A stretch of 64,000 nt of DNA, taken from a bacterium (GTDB lineage: Bacteria > SAR324 > NAC60-12). Made by a program: the position numbers and the translations under genes. Below are positions 19,718 through 30,115 of the stretch, one piece after another. The notes under the pieces were generated by a model, which saw nothing but the letters and a program-made list of their open reading frames with translations, was not told where the DNA came from and searched no databases. Numbering within the stretch: position 1 is the first letter of the stretch; every line of letters starts with the position of its first letter. The stretch spans positions 2,528,001 through 2,592,000 of the forward strand of contig OZ242383.1 of NCBI GenBank assembly GCA_965209155.1, read 5' to 3'.

Positions 19718-20131
19718 ATGATCGAAGAAGGTAAATATGGAGTATTTATATCCCATGGGAGTGCAGACACTTGGATTGCCAAACAGATAGCACGTTGTAT
19801 TGAAGACTGTGATGCCTCTACTTTTTTAGATGAAGCGGATACTACCAAAGGGGATAACTTAAAGGAAATCATTCATAGAGAACTTCTTAACAGTAGGGAA
19901 TTAATCGCTCTGTTTACTCCTTGGTCAGTTAAAAGATCCTGGGTTTGGCTTGAAATTGGTGCAGCATGGGTACAGAGAAAACGCATTGTTGTGGCGCTTC
20001 ATGGACTGAACCTGACCGAATTAGAAGGTGGTAAAGCAATTTTAGAAGATATTAATGTCCTTGAACTCAACGATTTTGATAGATACATTGGGGAGTTGAA
20101 GGAAAGAATAAAGAAGGAGCAAAATGCATAA
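19718..20131 (+). CDS. Stand-alone TIR domain protein
   Basis: VFISHGSAD...TFLDE...SVKRSWVWLEIGAA, with the conserved Glu. Confidence 0.85.
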   Translation: MIEEGKYGVFISHGSADTWIAKQIARCIEDCDASTFLDEADTTKGDNLKEIIHRELLNSRELIALFTPWSVKRSWVWLEIGAAWVQRKRIVVALHGLNLTELEGGKAILEDINVLELNDFDRYIGELKERIKKEQNA

Positions 20132-21161
20132 AGTATTTTTATCTTACAGTTATCAGGATGCTGGTTTTGCCGTTCAACTTCAAAAAGCCTTAGGAGAAAA
20201 TTCAGTAAAAGGCTTTTTAGACAAAAACGATCTCGCCATTGGATCCGTACTGAGTAATAGGATTCGTGAAGAAATTAAAAAAGCGAGTGCCGTTGTGGTA
20301 CTTTTATCAGAAGCTTCGAGCAAAAATGCTCATATTCTTTTTGAAGTGGGAGCAGCGGAAGGATTAAGGAAAAAGATCATTCCTATCATTCTGCCCGGGA
20401 TGGAAATGCAGGCATTGCCTGAGGTCTTTCATAATATTCAGGAACTCGATGCACGAGAAAAATCGATGCAAGAGATTGCCCAGGAACTGAAAACCTCCTT
20501 GTCACACCCAATCAACAATTTTTTATATCAAATTAATGGAGAGGATGAAATGATGTCCCCTCAAGAGAAAGTGGCTAAAAGACTAAGTGATTACGCGAAA
20601 CATTTGAGTATCTCACCCGAAGCTGTCGTATCTCTTAAGTTTCGACCCGTGAAACAAGGAGACCAATACACAGACTCATTCGGATTCAGTGACGCCAACG
20701 CTTTCATGTACCAATCCGAATACGAGGCTGTCAAAAACACCATGATATTAACTGCACCCGAGTCAAAACTAATTAAGGCAATTGATCCTACCATCCATCA
20801 CCCTCATCCTTGGTCTGGACAGAGCATTTGGAAGATAAACGACAGTGACATGCTATGGGTCCAACATGAGACGGGATTGGAAATCATTGGAGCTATTGCT
20901 GGTTTATTTACGATTCTGACAGGAATAGCCATGATAGCGGAAGGGATTCACTGCAAAATCAAGAGTAACAAGAAAGATGAGAAGAGTGATCGTTACCACG
21001 AAGCCAGAGAACTGCGTATTGAATACCGTCGTGTCGGTAAAAATGATGTGTTGGAGGAGTCTCTGGTCATAAGGGAATCTGTTAATAGACCGCTCCAGTC
21101 TGATGACATCGTAAATAAAATTCGAAATTTGCTTGAGGAACATCGGGAGACAGCATTTTGA
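20124..21161 (+). CDS. TIR domain protein with a C-terminal domain containing a hydrophobic helix
   Basis: VFLSYSYQD...VVVLLSEASSKNAHILFEVGAA...IIPIIL, then HETGLEIIGAIAGLFTILTGIAMIA. Confidence 0.8.
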   Translation: MHKVFLSYSYQDAGFAVQLQKALGENSVKGFLDKNDLAIGSVLSNRIREEIKKASAVVVLLSEASSKNAHILFEVGAAEGLRKKIIPIILPGMEMQALPEVFHNIQELDAREKSMQEIAQELKTSLSHPINNFLYQINGEDEMMSPQEKVAKRLSDYAKHLSISPEAVVSLKFRPVKQGDQYTDSFGFSDANAFMYQSEYEAVKNTMILTAPESKLIKAIDPTIHHPHPWSGQSIWKINDSDMLWVQHETGLEIIGAIAGLFTILTGIAMIAEGIHCKIKSNKKDEKSDRYHEARELRIEYRRVGKNDVLEESLVIRESVNRPLQSDDIVNKIRNLLEEHRETAF

Positions 21162-21319
21162 TGCTCATCCTCAATCAAATTTAGACCTGAGTTGAGCGAT
21201 AAGACTTGAAAAGAATCGCGCAATTCAGGGTTACATAAGAACAAGGGGAGGATCAAAGAAAGGGTGGGCCCAATGCGAAGAGATCCGGACCCGGTGGAAC
21301 CACCCTTTCAATGGGTATC

Positions 21320-21980
21320 TGTGCCTCTATTCTCGCCTTTGTGCCTTTGTGCCTCTCTTCCCTTTGCGCCTTCCCCCCTTGTGTCATTCCTGGCTTGACC
21401 AGGAATCCAGGGAATCAATGCCCCCTTTCCTGTCCCCGCCCCGGAATCCAGTATGCCTTCCCTCAGTGCCTTTGTGCCTTTGTGCCTTTGTGCCTTTGTG
21501 CCTTTGTGCCTTTGTGCCTCTGTGCCTTCCCTCAGTGCCTTTGTGCTAGTTATCGGTTATCAGTTATCGGTTATCAGTGATCAGTGGTCAATTCCTGCAC
21601 GCGTCTCCTCGTCTTCCTTTGTGCCTTTGTGCCTCTGTGCCTTCCCTCAGCGCCTTTGTGCTAGTTATCGGTTATCAGTTATCGGTTATCAGTGATCAGT
21701 GGTCAGTTAACGTTGGTTAGTGGTCAGTGATCGGTGGTCAGTTCCTGCACGCGTCTCCTCGTCTTCCTTTGTGCCTTTGTGCCTTCCCTCAGTGCCTTTG
21801 TGCCGTGGCGCTTTAGCGCCAGTTATCGGTTATCAGTGATCAGTTATCAGTTCCTTCACGAGTCTCCTTTGCACATTTGCGCCTCTCTTCCTTTGTGCCT
21901 TTGTGCCTTTGTGCCTTTGTGCCTTCCCTCAGTGCCTTTGTGCCTTTCTTCACGCCTTTGTGCCTTTGTGCCTCTCTTCC
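21320..21980. repeat. Octamer/heptamer/REP composite tract
   Basis: (TTTGTGCC)n, (TTATCAG)n and one GTCATTCCTGGCTTGACCAGGAATCCAG. Confidence 0.9.
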
Positions 21981-22198
21981 CGCCGAGGAGGTTCAGACGA
22001 TTCGAAATATCCAGAATGGATCGTTTCCAGTCCGTCCGAGTCCGCATGAATCCACTATTTTGCTACCAAACCGCTACCATCATTCAGTAACGGCGTTTGA
22101 CAACTCCCGATCTTCCTCTGTCGGATCTTCCGGGTCGACAGCCCTGCTCCGCGTAACCAGGCAAAAGAGGGTTCACGACGGGGGGCTCACCGATCATT

Positions 22199-22600
22199 AA
22201 TCTCATTAAACCACCAGCTCTGCTGGTGCGAACCTAAGAGGCTTTGCCGGTCAGACATGAGAAACGTATCCGTGTCCGTTAGCCATGCTCGTGCTCGTGC
22301 TCGTGAACGGTCAGTGAATTCGACGGCACATTTTGGTTAACATAGAAACAATTCGATGAAGTAACGGTTTCCCTTCGTCAAATAAAGGAGGCTGGATGAT
22401 CTTCAACACGTTTAAAACATCGAGAATAGCAGCGCATTCCATAAAAATTCGATGGAACATTGGTATACATCGAGTTTTTCATGATCTAACATGGCAGCCT
22501 TTTTCGTTCACGAGCACGAGCACGTCTTACGATGACGAACACGTTTTGCCCTCATACTGGGGGCCTCTTCAAGCCACCGGCTCTGCCGGTGGTGATGACT
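22199..22600. mobile_element. Internally deleted copy 4 of the four-helix-bundle element
   Basis: Both ends are intact. About 166 bp of the ORF is missing at about 22442, and there is one extra GTGCTC unit. Confidence 0.8.
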
Positions 22601-22963
22601 TCCAGGTTCGTTTCAGTGTCTTCTCACTGCGAAGAGGTTGGAAACATAGTGGAAATGAGCAGGAAAATCCCTTTCGCAGAACCGGACGGGGACCTGGCGA
22701 CCATCCGCTTCCCAGCCGCAATCTTTCACAATCGCATCGATCCGGAAGACAAAACGGGGGAACGATGGAAGGTCGAGGAAATCGTTTCGACTTCAAGAAC
22801 AGTGGGTATTTTTCCAGGGATTCCAAAAAGTAGTCTTCCTCCATCGGACCTGGGGAAAGAAACAGGTCGAACCAGCTCGCAGGGCAGCCCCGCCGTCGAA
22901 TACGGATAAGTTCACGGAAGCGATGTTCTGGTTCGATCCGGGAAGGGATTTTGTGGAGTTTCC

Positions 22964-24268
22964 TCAATAATCACCGGTTTGGGGGTTATCCAATTTCAAT
23001 ACCCGACTCAAGGATATGCTTTTGATTTTATGCTCAATCACCTGGTGACTCACGGCTTCATAATGTCGCATGTTAATGGCCACGCTGTTTCCAATGTAGG
23101 CTCCTGCTTCTTTATTCGTGAATCCGCATGCTCCGATAAGAACAACGGTATTGAAATAAGTCCGTAAATCTTTCAGTTGTAAATTCTTTTGAATGCCGGC
23201 ATTTGCTTTCAGGGCAATCCAGGCTCTGGATAAATTATCGATTCTCGTGTAGTGCTCCCTTCGTATCCCATTTTCCAATCGCGTTTCACTTTTTGGAAAA
23301 ACGAATCGGGCAGGAACCCGTTCTTTTCGTAATAATTTTCGGGAAGCATCACGAACCAGGACATGACCAAAAACCTCGGGAGGTTGGGGTTGAGCCTTCA
23401 ACACGTCAATCGCTTGAGGAAAGAGTCGCACCTCTTGTTCTTTTCTCCACTTGGGAGTCCATCCGACTTCATCTTTGGTAGGGCACTTCGGTTTGATGCG
23501 TATAGACCAGGTCCCTCGATCCAAATCGAAATCATCCCATTCCGCATGCAAGACTTCTCCGACTCGAGCCCCCGTAAAAATTAAAAATTTAACAATGGCC
23601 TGGATCGGGGTAAAGTAGCGACTGCGTTCCTCATAGTAGGCAGTCAAGAGTGCTTGAATTTCAGATTGGTCAGGAATTCGATCACGGACGACTCCCATTT
23701 TCTTGGGAATCTTCACATTTTTAACAGGATTCTTCATGTCGATGATTTCCATGTCCACAATCAACCAATTGAATAATTTGTGGAGCGTTTTTTTGTATTG
23801 TTTCAGAGTCGCTTCCGATTTTCCTGCTTTGTCCAGGATATTGAATAAATGCTGAACATCAGGGGGAGTGATTTCATCGATATAGTTTTTGCCGTTTCTT
23901 CGAAAATGGTCGAATAAATTTTCAAGAGAATAACGGTCATTATACAGGGTGGATGGCTTCTTTCTTCCTGCAGTCATTTCCAGGTACTTTTCCAGGCCCT
24001 CTGTCAGTTCCAGACGATGGACTGCAGGGCGATCAAGAACAATTTCAGGCATTTTCGCTTGATCCCATTCATCAAATTTCCCCTGTTCCAGTTCTTGCTG
24101 CTTCATATACATCAAGCGTTTGGCTTCACTCTTTTTTTTATGACAAAGCCGCATCACCCGTATGCCATTGGGTAGATAATAGGAAATGTAGTATTTGGTT
24201 CCAGTGGATCGTCTCTTCGGGTAAATACTACTGCGAGGCTCATATCCCAGGAATTGATTGTTTTTCAA
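22964..24268 (-). CDS. Tyrosine recombinase/integrase
   Basis: SAM-like region, then FLIFTGARVGEV..AEWDDFD, LKDLRTYF and YIGNS...MRHY. Confidence 0.85.
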   Translation of the reverse strand: MKNNQFLGYEPRSSIYPKRRSTGTKYYISYYLPNGIRVMRLCHKKKSEAKRLMYMKQQELEQGKFDEWDQAKMPEIVLDRPAVHRLELTEGLEKYLEMTAGRKKPSTLYNDRYSLENLFDHFRRNGKNYIDEITPPDVQHLFNILDKAGKSEATLKQYKKTLHKLFNWLIVDMEIIDMKNPVKNVKIPKKMGVVRDRIPDQSEIQALLTAYYEERSRYFTPIQAIVKFLIFTGARVGEVLHAEWDDFDLDRGTWSIRIKPKCPTKDEVGWTPKWRKEQEVRLFPQAIDVLKAQPQPPEVFGHVLVRDASRKLLRKERVPARFVFPKSETRLENGIRREHYTRIDNLSRAWIALKANAGIQKNLQLKDLRTYFNTVVLIGACGFTNKEAGAYIGNSVAINMRHYEAVSHQVIEHKIKSISLSRVLKLDNPQTGDY

Positions 24269-24278
24269 TGTAAAACTC

Positions 24279-24590
24279 CTAATGATTCCGGTTAATCTTC
24301 ATTTGGTTATCGATGAACGTTTTCACGTCTTCTTCCCGTATGCGAACTTCACGGCCTACTTTCAAATAAGGCAAATCACGAGATTCGTATAAGTGATGCT
24401 TCACCGCTCTTTCTTTGCATTTCAAAATCTCAGCGACTTCCGCAATGGTATAAACCTGAATTTCAGGCTTCACGATTCGAGTCAATGCAACCCTCATCTT
24501 TTGAATGAGATGGTGTTCGGCTTCCTGTTCATTGATTGGGTGTTTCAGATCCATATGCCTTTTCTCCTTTTTTATTAATGATTCATTCAT
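24279..24590 (-). CDS. Excisionase-like HTH DNA-binding protein
   Basis: YTIAEVAEILKC...LPYLKVGREVRIREEDV; immediately upstream of the integrase. Confidence 0.8.
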   Translation of the reverse strand: MNESLIKKEKRHMDLKHPINEQEAEHHLIQKMRVALTRIVKPEIQVYTIAEVAEILKCKERAVKHHLYESRDLPYLKVGREVRIREEDVKTFIDNQMKINRNH

Positions 24591-24639
24591 TGATTCTCCT
24601 TATTCTTCTTAAATAATAATGGATTCTATTGTCATTCTA

Positions 24640-25590
24640 AAACGTGGAGGGTCCGTGGATTTCCTTAAAAAGACGAATCAATTCAGTTGCGGAATGCGCT
24701 TCCCGAAGGCAAGAATCACGCCCTGTCATCCCTGACTCGATCCGGGATCCAGGGAAGCGACCAAGAATCCAGTTTGCCTTCGCGCCTTCCCCCCTTTGTG
24801 CCTCTGTGCCTTTGTGCCTCTGTGCCTCTCTTCCTTTGTGCCTTCCCCCCTCTGTGTCATTCCTGGCTCCGACCAGGAATCCAGGGAAATCGAGCAGGAA
24901 TGACATGACGAGGGAAGCGACCAGGAATCCAGGGGAAGCGATACAGACCCTGGATTCCTGCGTTCGCAGGAAGGACAAGACGAGGGACTATGGCAAGAAG
25001 GACAACTCCGCGAATCGACGGAAGGGGATCGCAACCAACCCTGGATTCCTGGTCTGGGCCAGGAATGACATGACGAGGGACTATGCCAGGAAGGACAACT
25101 CCGCGAATCGATGGAAGGGAATCGATACAAACCCTGGATTCCTGGTCGGAGCCAGGAATGACAAGACGATGGTCTGGGCCAGGAATGACATGACGAGGGG
25201 CTAAATCAGGAAGGACAAGACGAGGGCTGAACCCAGCATGACATGGCGAGGGCGGAGCCAGGAATGACAAGATGAGGGACTATGCCAGGAATGATATGGA
25301 GAGGTCTATGCCAGTATGGACACGTCAACGAGGGAAGCACCTCTCTTCCTTTGTGCCTTTGTGCCTCTCTTCGTGCCTTTGTGCCATGGCGCCTTGGCGC
25401 CAGTGATCAGTTATCGGTTATCAGTTATCAGTTCTTTCAGGAAGCACCTCTCTTCCTTTGTGCCATGGCGCTTTGGCGCCAGTGATCAGTTATCGGTTAT
25501 CAGTTATCAGTTCCTTCTCGCCACTCCTCTCTTCCCTTTGTGCCTTTGTGCCTTTGTGCCTCTGTGCCTGTCTTCGTGCCTTTCTTCCTC
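24640..25590. repeat. Dense REP/octamer/heptamer tract
   Basis: Many GGATTCCTG..CAGGAATGACA palindromes in both orientations. Confidence 0.9.
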
Positions 25591-25593
25591 TCT

Positions 25594-26925
25594 TCAGAAA
25601 AGACGGAGGATGCGCAGTTCGGCGCGCAGGCGTTGGTAGTCGTAGTACTGGGCGTTGGATTGGCGTTCTTCCTGGACCAGGATCAGTTGGGGGCTGAATC
25701 CGAAGAGGGTGACGGCGCGGTTGAAGACGGAGAGCTGGTAGGTGCGTGAAAGGTCCTTGCGCTTCTTGGGTCCGCGGGTGAGGTAGGACCAGTCGGGTTG
25801 GTAAAAGCTGCGGGCGACGGTGGTGGTGGCGCCGAGGTTGAAACCGAGGGGCAGGGCGTAGGAGGCGGAGAGGCTCAGTCGGGGACGCGTGAAACGATGC
25901 GAGCGCCGTTCGGTGCGTTCGTCTCCGTAGCCGAGGGTGGCGCTCAGGGAGAGGGCCGGGGTGGACTGCCAGCGTGCCGTGAGGGAGACGTCCCAGCGGG
26001 GGCCGTCGAGGTGTTTCAAATCGTCGTAGCGTCGATCGTGCCAGCTCGCCCTTTCGATGGCAACCCAGTGCGTTCCGAGGCGTTGCGCGCTTTCGAGGCG
26101 CAGGCCGTTTTCCACGTAACCCGGTTTGTTGCCCGCCCATTGCTGTCGTCGACTGGCGAGCAGGCTGAATTCCGCGTGGCGCGTGAGGATCCAACGCGGC
26201 CCCGTATGCAGGGAGAGCGTCATGCGGTTGAATTCCTGCCGGCGGTGTTCCTGCCGGCGCAGGTCGGCCCCGGCGCGCCAGCGGGCCTGCGGAGTGAGGG
26301 GATACTCGTATTCGGCGCCTCCCCAGACGATGAGGCCCACCCCAGAGGAGGGTCTCGATTCGTCATCCACCCGGAAGGGCAGTCCGTAAAGCCAGACGAT
26401 GTCCGCGCTCGTGGCGGTATTGACGTTGCTGTCGGGAGCGAGAGCGAGTCCGAATTGCCCGTCCCAACGACGGCGGGCGCGGATGATGTCGAGGAAGCTC
26501 TGCACGTTCTTGACCACCGCTTCCGGAGGATCGCTGGCCAGAACGCGTTCGAAATGATGCCGGGCGAGTTGGTCGTCTCCTGCATGGAAGAAGGCGCGAG
26601 CGAGTTCGAGACGCGGACGGGGAAGATCGGGATGGCGAATGAGAATAGAACGGAAGCGCGCGATGGCGGAGGGCCAATCTTTACGCTGCATGGCGATCAG
26701 GCCCTGCAGGAAGTCCAACTCGTCGAGGTTGCCCTCGTCCGCCTCGATTCCTTCAAGCAGGAATTCGGCATCGTCGAGTTTGCCGGCGTCGAGGGCCTTA
26801 CGCGCCGCTTCGAAGAGGGTTTCGTTGGAAATTGCCGGCTGCGATGACTCTTGAGCCACTGCTGGGAACGGCAAAATCGTGATGAGCAGGAGCATTGCCG
26901 CCAACCCTAAAATCCAGCGGCTCAT
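25594..26925 (-). CDS. Slam (surface lipoprotein assembly modifier; TPR + DUF560-like barrel), copy 1
   Basis: RLELARAFF, APDSNVN, LFGFSPQL...RQSNAQYYDYQR and a terminal F; downstream of a TbpB-like lipoprotein. Confidence 0.85.
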   Translation of the reverse strand: MSRWILGLAAMLLLITILPFPAVAQESSQPAISNETLFEAARKALDAGKLDDAEFLLEGIEADEGNLDELDFLQGLIAMQRKDWPSAIARFRSILIRHPDLPRPRLELARAFFHAGDDQLARHHFERVLASDPPEAVVKNVQSFLDIIRARRRWDGQFGLALAPDSNVNTATSADIVWLYGLPFRVDDESRPSSGVGLIVWGGAEYEYPLTPQARWRAGADLRRQEHRRQEFNRMTLSLHTGPRWILTRHAEFSLLASRRQQWAGNKPGYVENGLRLESAQRLGTHWVAIERASWHDRRYDDLKHLDGPRWDVSLTARWQSTPALSLSATLGYGDERTERRSHRFTRPRLSLSASYALPLGFNLGATTTVARSFYQPDWSYLTRGPKKRKDLSRTYQLSVFNRAVTLFGFSPQLILVQEERQSNAQYYDYQRLRAELRILRLF

Positions 26926-27015
26926 GTCGCCCCTTTACGATTGAAAAGAAAGAAGCGCCCGCTCCGAAAAGGAGTGGGCGCTAAACTAGTTCGTTAACAC
27001 GTCAGATGAATATTT

Positions 27016-28941
27016 CTAATTACGTTGTCCGCCAAAGGCGCCGCTGAACGCACCGTCCTTGTTACCATCCGAAGTGAAATTAAATACACCACCTGTCTCT
27101 TCCGCCTTGGTTCCGAAGAAGCCGCCGCTGAAGGAACCGTTGAAGGTGCCCTCCACGTCCAGACCACCGCCGGTGGCAGTGGCTTTGTCCCCGGAGAACG
27201 TGTTACCAGTGATGTCACCCGTTAGCGTGGCCAAGTCGGTGAGTGTAGCTGTGATCGTTTCCTTCCCGAAGTCGGCCGATACCGATGCCGGTCCAGTAGT
27301 CAACCTAATAGCCCCGTCACCCTCCGAATCAGACTCCTGGATGGTCGCGGCCCAGTTGCCTGAGTATGTCGCATCGCCGTTGTTCGGCATGTCGGAACCG
27401 GTCATCCCGTCTCCGATACTCTGGACAAAGCCGATACCGAGTTCGTCGGGAACCTGAGCACCGTTCTTAGCGGCATCTCCGAGGCTGGCCCAGACTCCGA
27501 AATGCACATGGTCGTATGCGGACCTCACGGGAAGTTTGGCCGTCACTTGCACCAATTCGTCGCCTGCGGTCCAACCACCAGAAGCAACACCAGCAGCAGT
27601 AGCTTCAGGCTCTAAAACGCCGGTGTCAGTATCTCCATCGCGGTTGACCGCAACACGAGTCTGCACACTCTGATAGGTGACAGTGGTAACTCCGCCAGTA
27701 ACCGTCCTAGTATTCTCCACTACGTAGACTTTGTGACCAGCAGTGTTCTTATAGGAGTATACCATCACCGGCTTGGCGGTTGCACTCACTGTGTCGCCTG
27801 CCTGTACCGGATCAGCTCCGCTAGTGTCCAAGCCTAACGGCTGAAGACCAGCCACTACGGGGTCGCTCTCAGCACGATAGAACATGCCTTCAGATTTCAA
27901 GGAAGCTTCTGCGTCGTATTGACCAGTGGCACCAGGATCTGTTCCAGTTGGTGCTGAGGCACCAATTGCATAGTACGTCTTCCCGTCGCTGCCTGTATAA
28001 GTATGCAGGTTAGTTGTAGCACCTGACGCTTGCTCATCATACACTCGCACGGTATTTGTGCCGGTATGGTGCGTGATGAGTAACAACCGGGCCGCATCGT
28101 TGGAGGTGTCGAGCTCCTTACCGATCTTGATGGTGCCGCGTGACGCTGCGTTGACCATGGGAGACTTGTAGATGGACGCGTCAGTCAAGCTTCCGTCCAT
28201 CGGCGCCCGACCATTGGTCGTTGCACCCGCTGTCATCGGCTCGTCAATCAGACCGGTTTCCGTCGTCTGTCCGTTGGCGGTCACTATATAATTTCCAGTC
28301 GTGGCATCGACCATCGAATCACCGACGCTCTTGACGGTGTCGTCGATCTTCAGCAAATCATTGGCAGCCATCATCGCCTTATCACGGGCATCCTCGGCAG
28401 CCTGCTGGGCCGTTTCGGCATCCGCTTGCGCGATCTCGGCCTTGATTGCAGCCCTGATGGCCGTTGCCACATCTGTGGCCGCCTGCGCCGCATCAGATTC
28501 CATCTTGGCGGTATTGTAGGCTTCCATCGCGTCATCGTACGCAGTATTGGCAGCGTCAAGATACTTATTATAACCAGCGTCGCCGGTTTGTATGCTCGCG
28601 AGATTCGCTCCTGCCATGGCTGCTGCTTCGGCTGCCGCCTTCGCCATATCGGACGCCGTCATGGCGGCATCCATTGCATCGGAAGCATCCATCTGGGCTA
28701 CTTCGAGGGCAGTGGCCGGTACGGGTTCCGGTACTACCGGCTCAACAGGTTCGGGTTGCGTTACATCGGGGGTTGTCGGTTCCGCGTCATCTCCCGTGGG
28801 GGCGCAGGCACTGAAAAGAGCCACTGACGCAATCAACAAAAAGATCCCCAACCACGTCTTGAGGTTCAACTTCCCAAGGGAAGCAAACAATTGGTTTTCA
28901 CCGGGTTCATTTTTTATTTTTTCTCTCATGTCTTTCTCCAT
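27016..28941 (-). CDS. TbpB-like (transferrin-binding-protein-like) surface lipoprotein, copy 1
   Basis: Lipobox FSAC, Ala-rich stalk and C-terminal barrel ATYSGNW...ITGNTFSG...GGFFGTKAEETGGVF...GAFGGQR. Confidence 0.8.
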   Translation of the reverse strand: MEKDMREKIKNEPGENQLFASLGKLNLKTWLGIFLLIASVALFSACAPTGDDAEPTTPDVTQPEPVEPVVPEPVPATALEVAQMDASDAMDAAMTASDMAKAAAEAAAMAGANLASIQTGDAGYNKYLDAANTAYDDAMEAYNTAKMESDAAQAATDVATAIRAAIKAEIAQADAETAQQAAEDARDKAMMAANDLLKIDDTVKSVGDSMVDATTGNYIVTANGQTTETGLIDEPMTAGATTNGRAPMDGSLTDASIYKSPMVNAASRGTIKIGKELDTSNDAARLLLITHHTGTNTVRVYDEQASGATTNLHTYTGSDGKTYYAIGASAPTGTDPGATGQYDAEASLKSEGMFYRAESDPVVAGLQPLGLDTSGADPVQAGDTVSATAKPVMVYSYKNTAGHKVYVVENTRTVTGGVTTVTYQSVQTRVAVNRDGDTDTGVLEPEATAAGVASGGWTAGDELVQVTAKLPVRSAYDHVHFGVWASLGDAAKNGAQVPDELGIGFVQSIGDGMTGSDMPNNGDATYSGNWAATIQESDSEGDGAIRLTTGPASVSADFGKETITATLTDLATLTGDITGNTFSGDKATATGGGLDVEGTFNGSFSGGFFGTKAEETGGVFNFTSDGNKDGAFSGAFGGQRN

Positions 28942-28960
28942 AGCAGTTGTTCATCAGCTT

Positions 28961-28979
28961 GAGAATGACTATTTCCATC
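28961..28979. promoter_or_regulatory. Possible Fur box upstream of lipoprotein copy 1
   Basis: The reverse complement GATGGAAATAGTCATTCTC matches 13/19 positions of GATAATGATAATCATTATC and lies 20 bp upstream of the start. Confidence 0.35.
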
Positions 28980-29089
28980 AATTATTTCAATGACTTATAA
29001 ATTATCCATTCATTCAATTATCCTCTCTGGTAGCTATTGGGTAGCAATGTCTTTAAAATCTTCCGTGTTTTGATTATCATTTTTTATAA

Positions 29090-29740
29090 AGGGGAAGGCA
29101 CAAAGGCACAAAGGCACAAAGGCACAAAGGGGGGAAGAAAGGCACAAAGGCACAGAGGCACAAAGGCACAAAGGGAAGGCACAAAGGCACAAAGGCACAA
29201 AGGCACAAAGGAAAGATTGGTGACTCGTGAAGGAACTGAGAACTGATCACTGACCACTGATAACTGGCGCTAAAGCGCCACGGCACAAAGGCGAGAAGAG
29301 AGGCACAGAGGCACAGAGGCACAAAGGCGAGAAGAGAGGCATACTGGATTCCTGGTATCGGATCGAGTCCGGGATGATTCGGAGTCCGCGGTTTGTGCTG
29401 GTTTCCCTAGATTCCTGGTCGAAGCCAGGAATGACACAAAGGAAGAAAGGCACAAAGGCATACTGGATTCCTGGTACCGGATTGAGTCCGGGATGATCCG
29501 GGGTCCACGGTTTGTGCTGGTTTCCCTGGATTCCTGGTCGGAGCCAGGAATGACACAAGGAGGGAAGACACAAAGGAAGAGAGGCACAAAGGAAGAGAGG
29601 GGTGGCGTGAAGGGAATGATCACTGATAACCGATAACTGGCGCTAAAGCGCTATGGCACAAAGGCGAGAAGAAAGGCACAAAGGCACAAATGCGCAAAGG
29701 AAGAGAGGCGTGTGACCTGCAACCTTATTATTAAAGCGCA
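29090..29740. repeat. Octamer/heptamer/REP composite tract
   Basis: Contains two inverted copies of the 691-770 module (about 29340-29530). Confidence 0.9.
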
Positions 29741-30115
29741 ATCCTTCATTCATTTTTAAGGTATTTTGACGTGGTTTCAGCAAACAGTTACAAAATTTAT
29801 GGAAATTTGGAGACTTATAAGAAATGCCGGAAGCCCGGATAATCCGCACGTCGGAAGGATTGTTCTGAAATTACGCAAAGTAAAAATATTGAGAGAATGC
29901 AAAATGCAAACCATTAGTGCTTGTTTTTTTTATTTTAATTGATTATTATTTTAATACGTGGTTTGGGACCGACAACTTGGGGATAAAAATTCTCCGAGTT
30001 GCTTTATAATTTTATAATTGTAGTTCGTTATGAAGTCTCATTCCACTGATGTTATTTTAATACGTGGTTTGGGACCGACAACTTGGAGATAAAAATTCTC
30101 CGAGATTCTTTTTAA

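Noticed and set aside
21980..22960. tRNA/tmRNA attachment site or gene downstream of the integrase
   Set aside because: No tRNA-like arm or duplicated att core was recognised, and the ORFs there are unconvincing.
22964..24268. Integron integrase with cassette array
   Set aside because: The protein is phage-integrase-like with an adjacent excisionase-like gene. I could not identify attC sites with RYYYAAC/GTTRRRY ends.
25798..26847. Long antisense ORFs over slam, lipoprotein and autotransporter genes (also 39432-40520, 40547-41824, 7042-7938)
   Set aside because: They are shadow frames of GC-rich coding sequence with no recognisable motifs.
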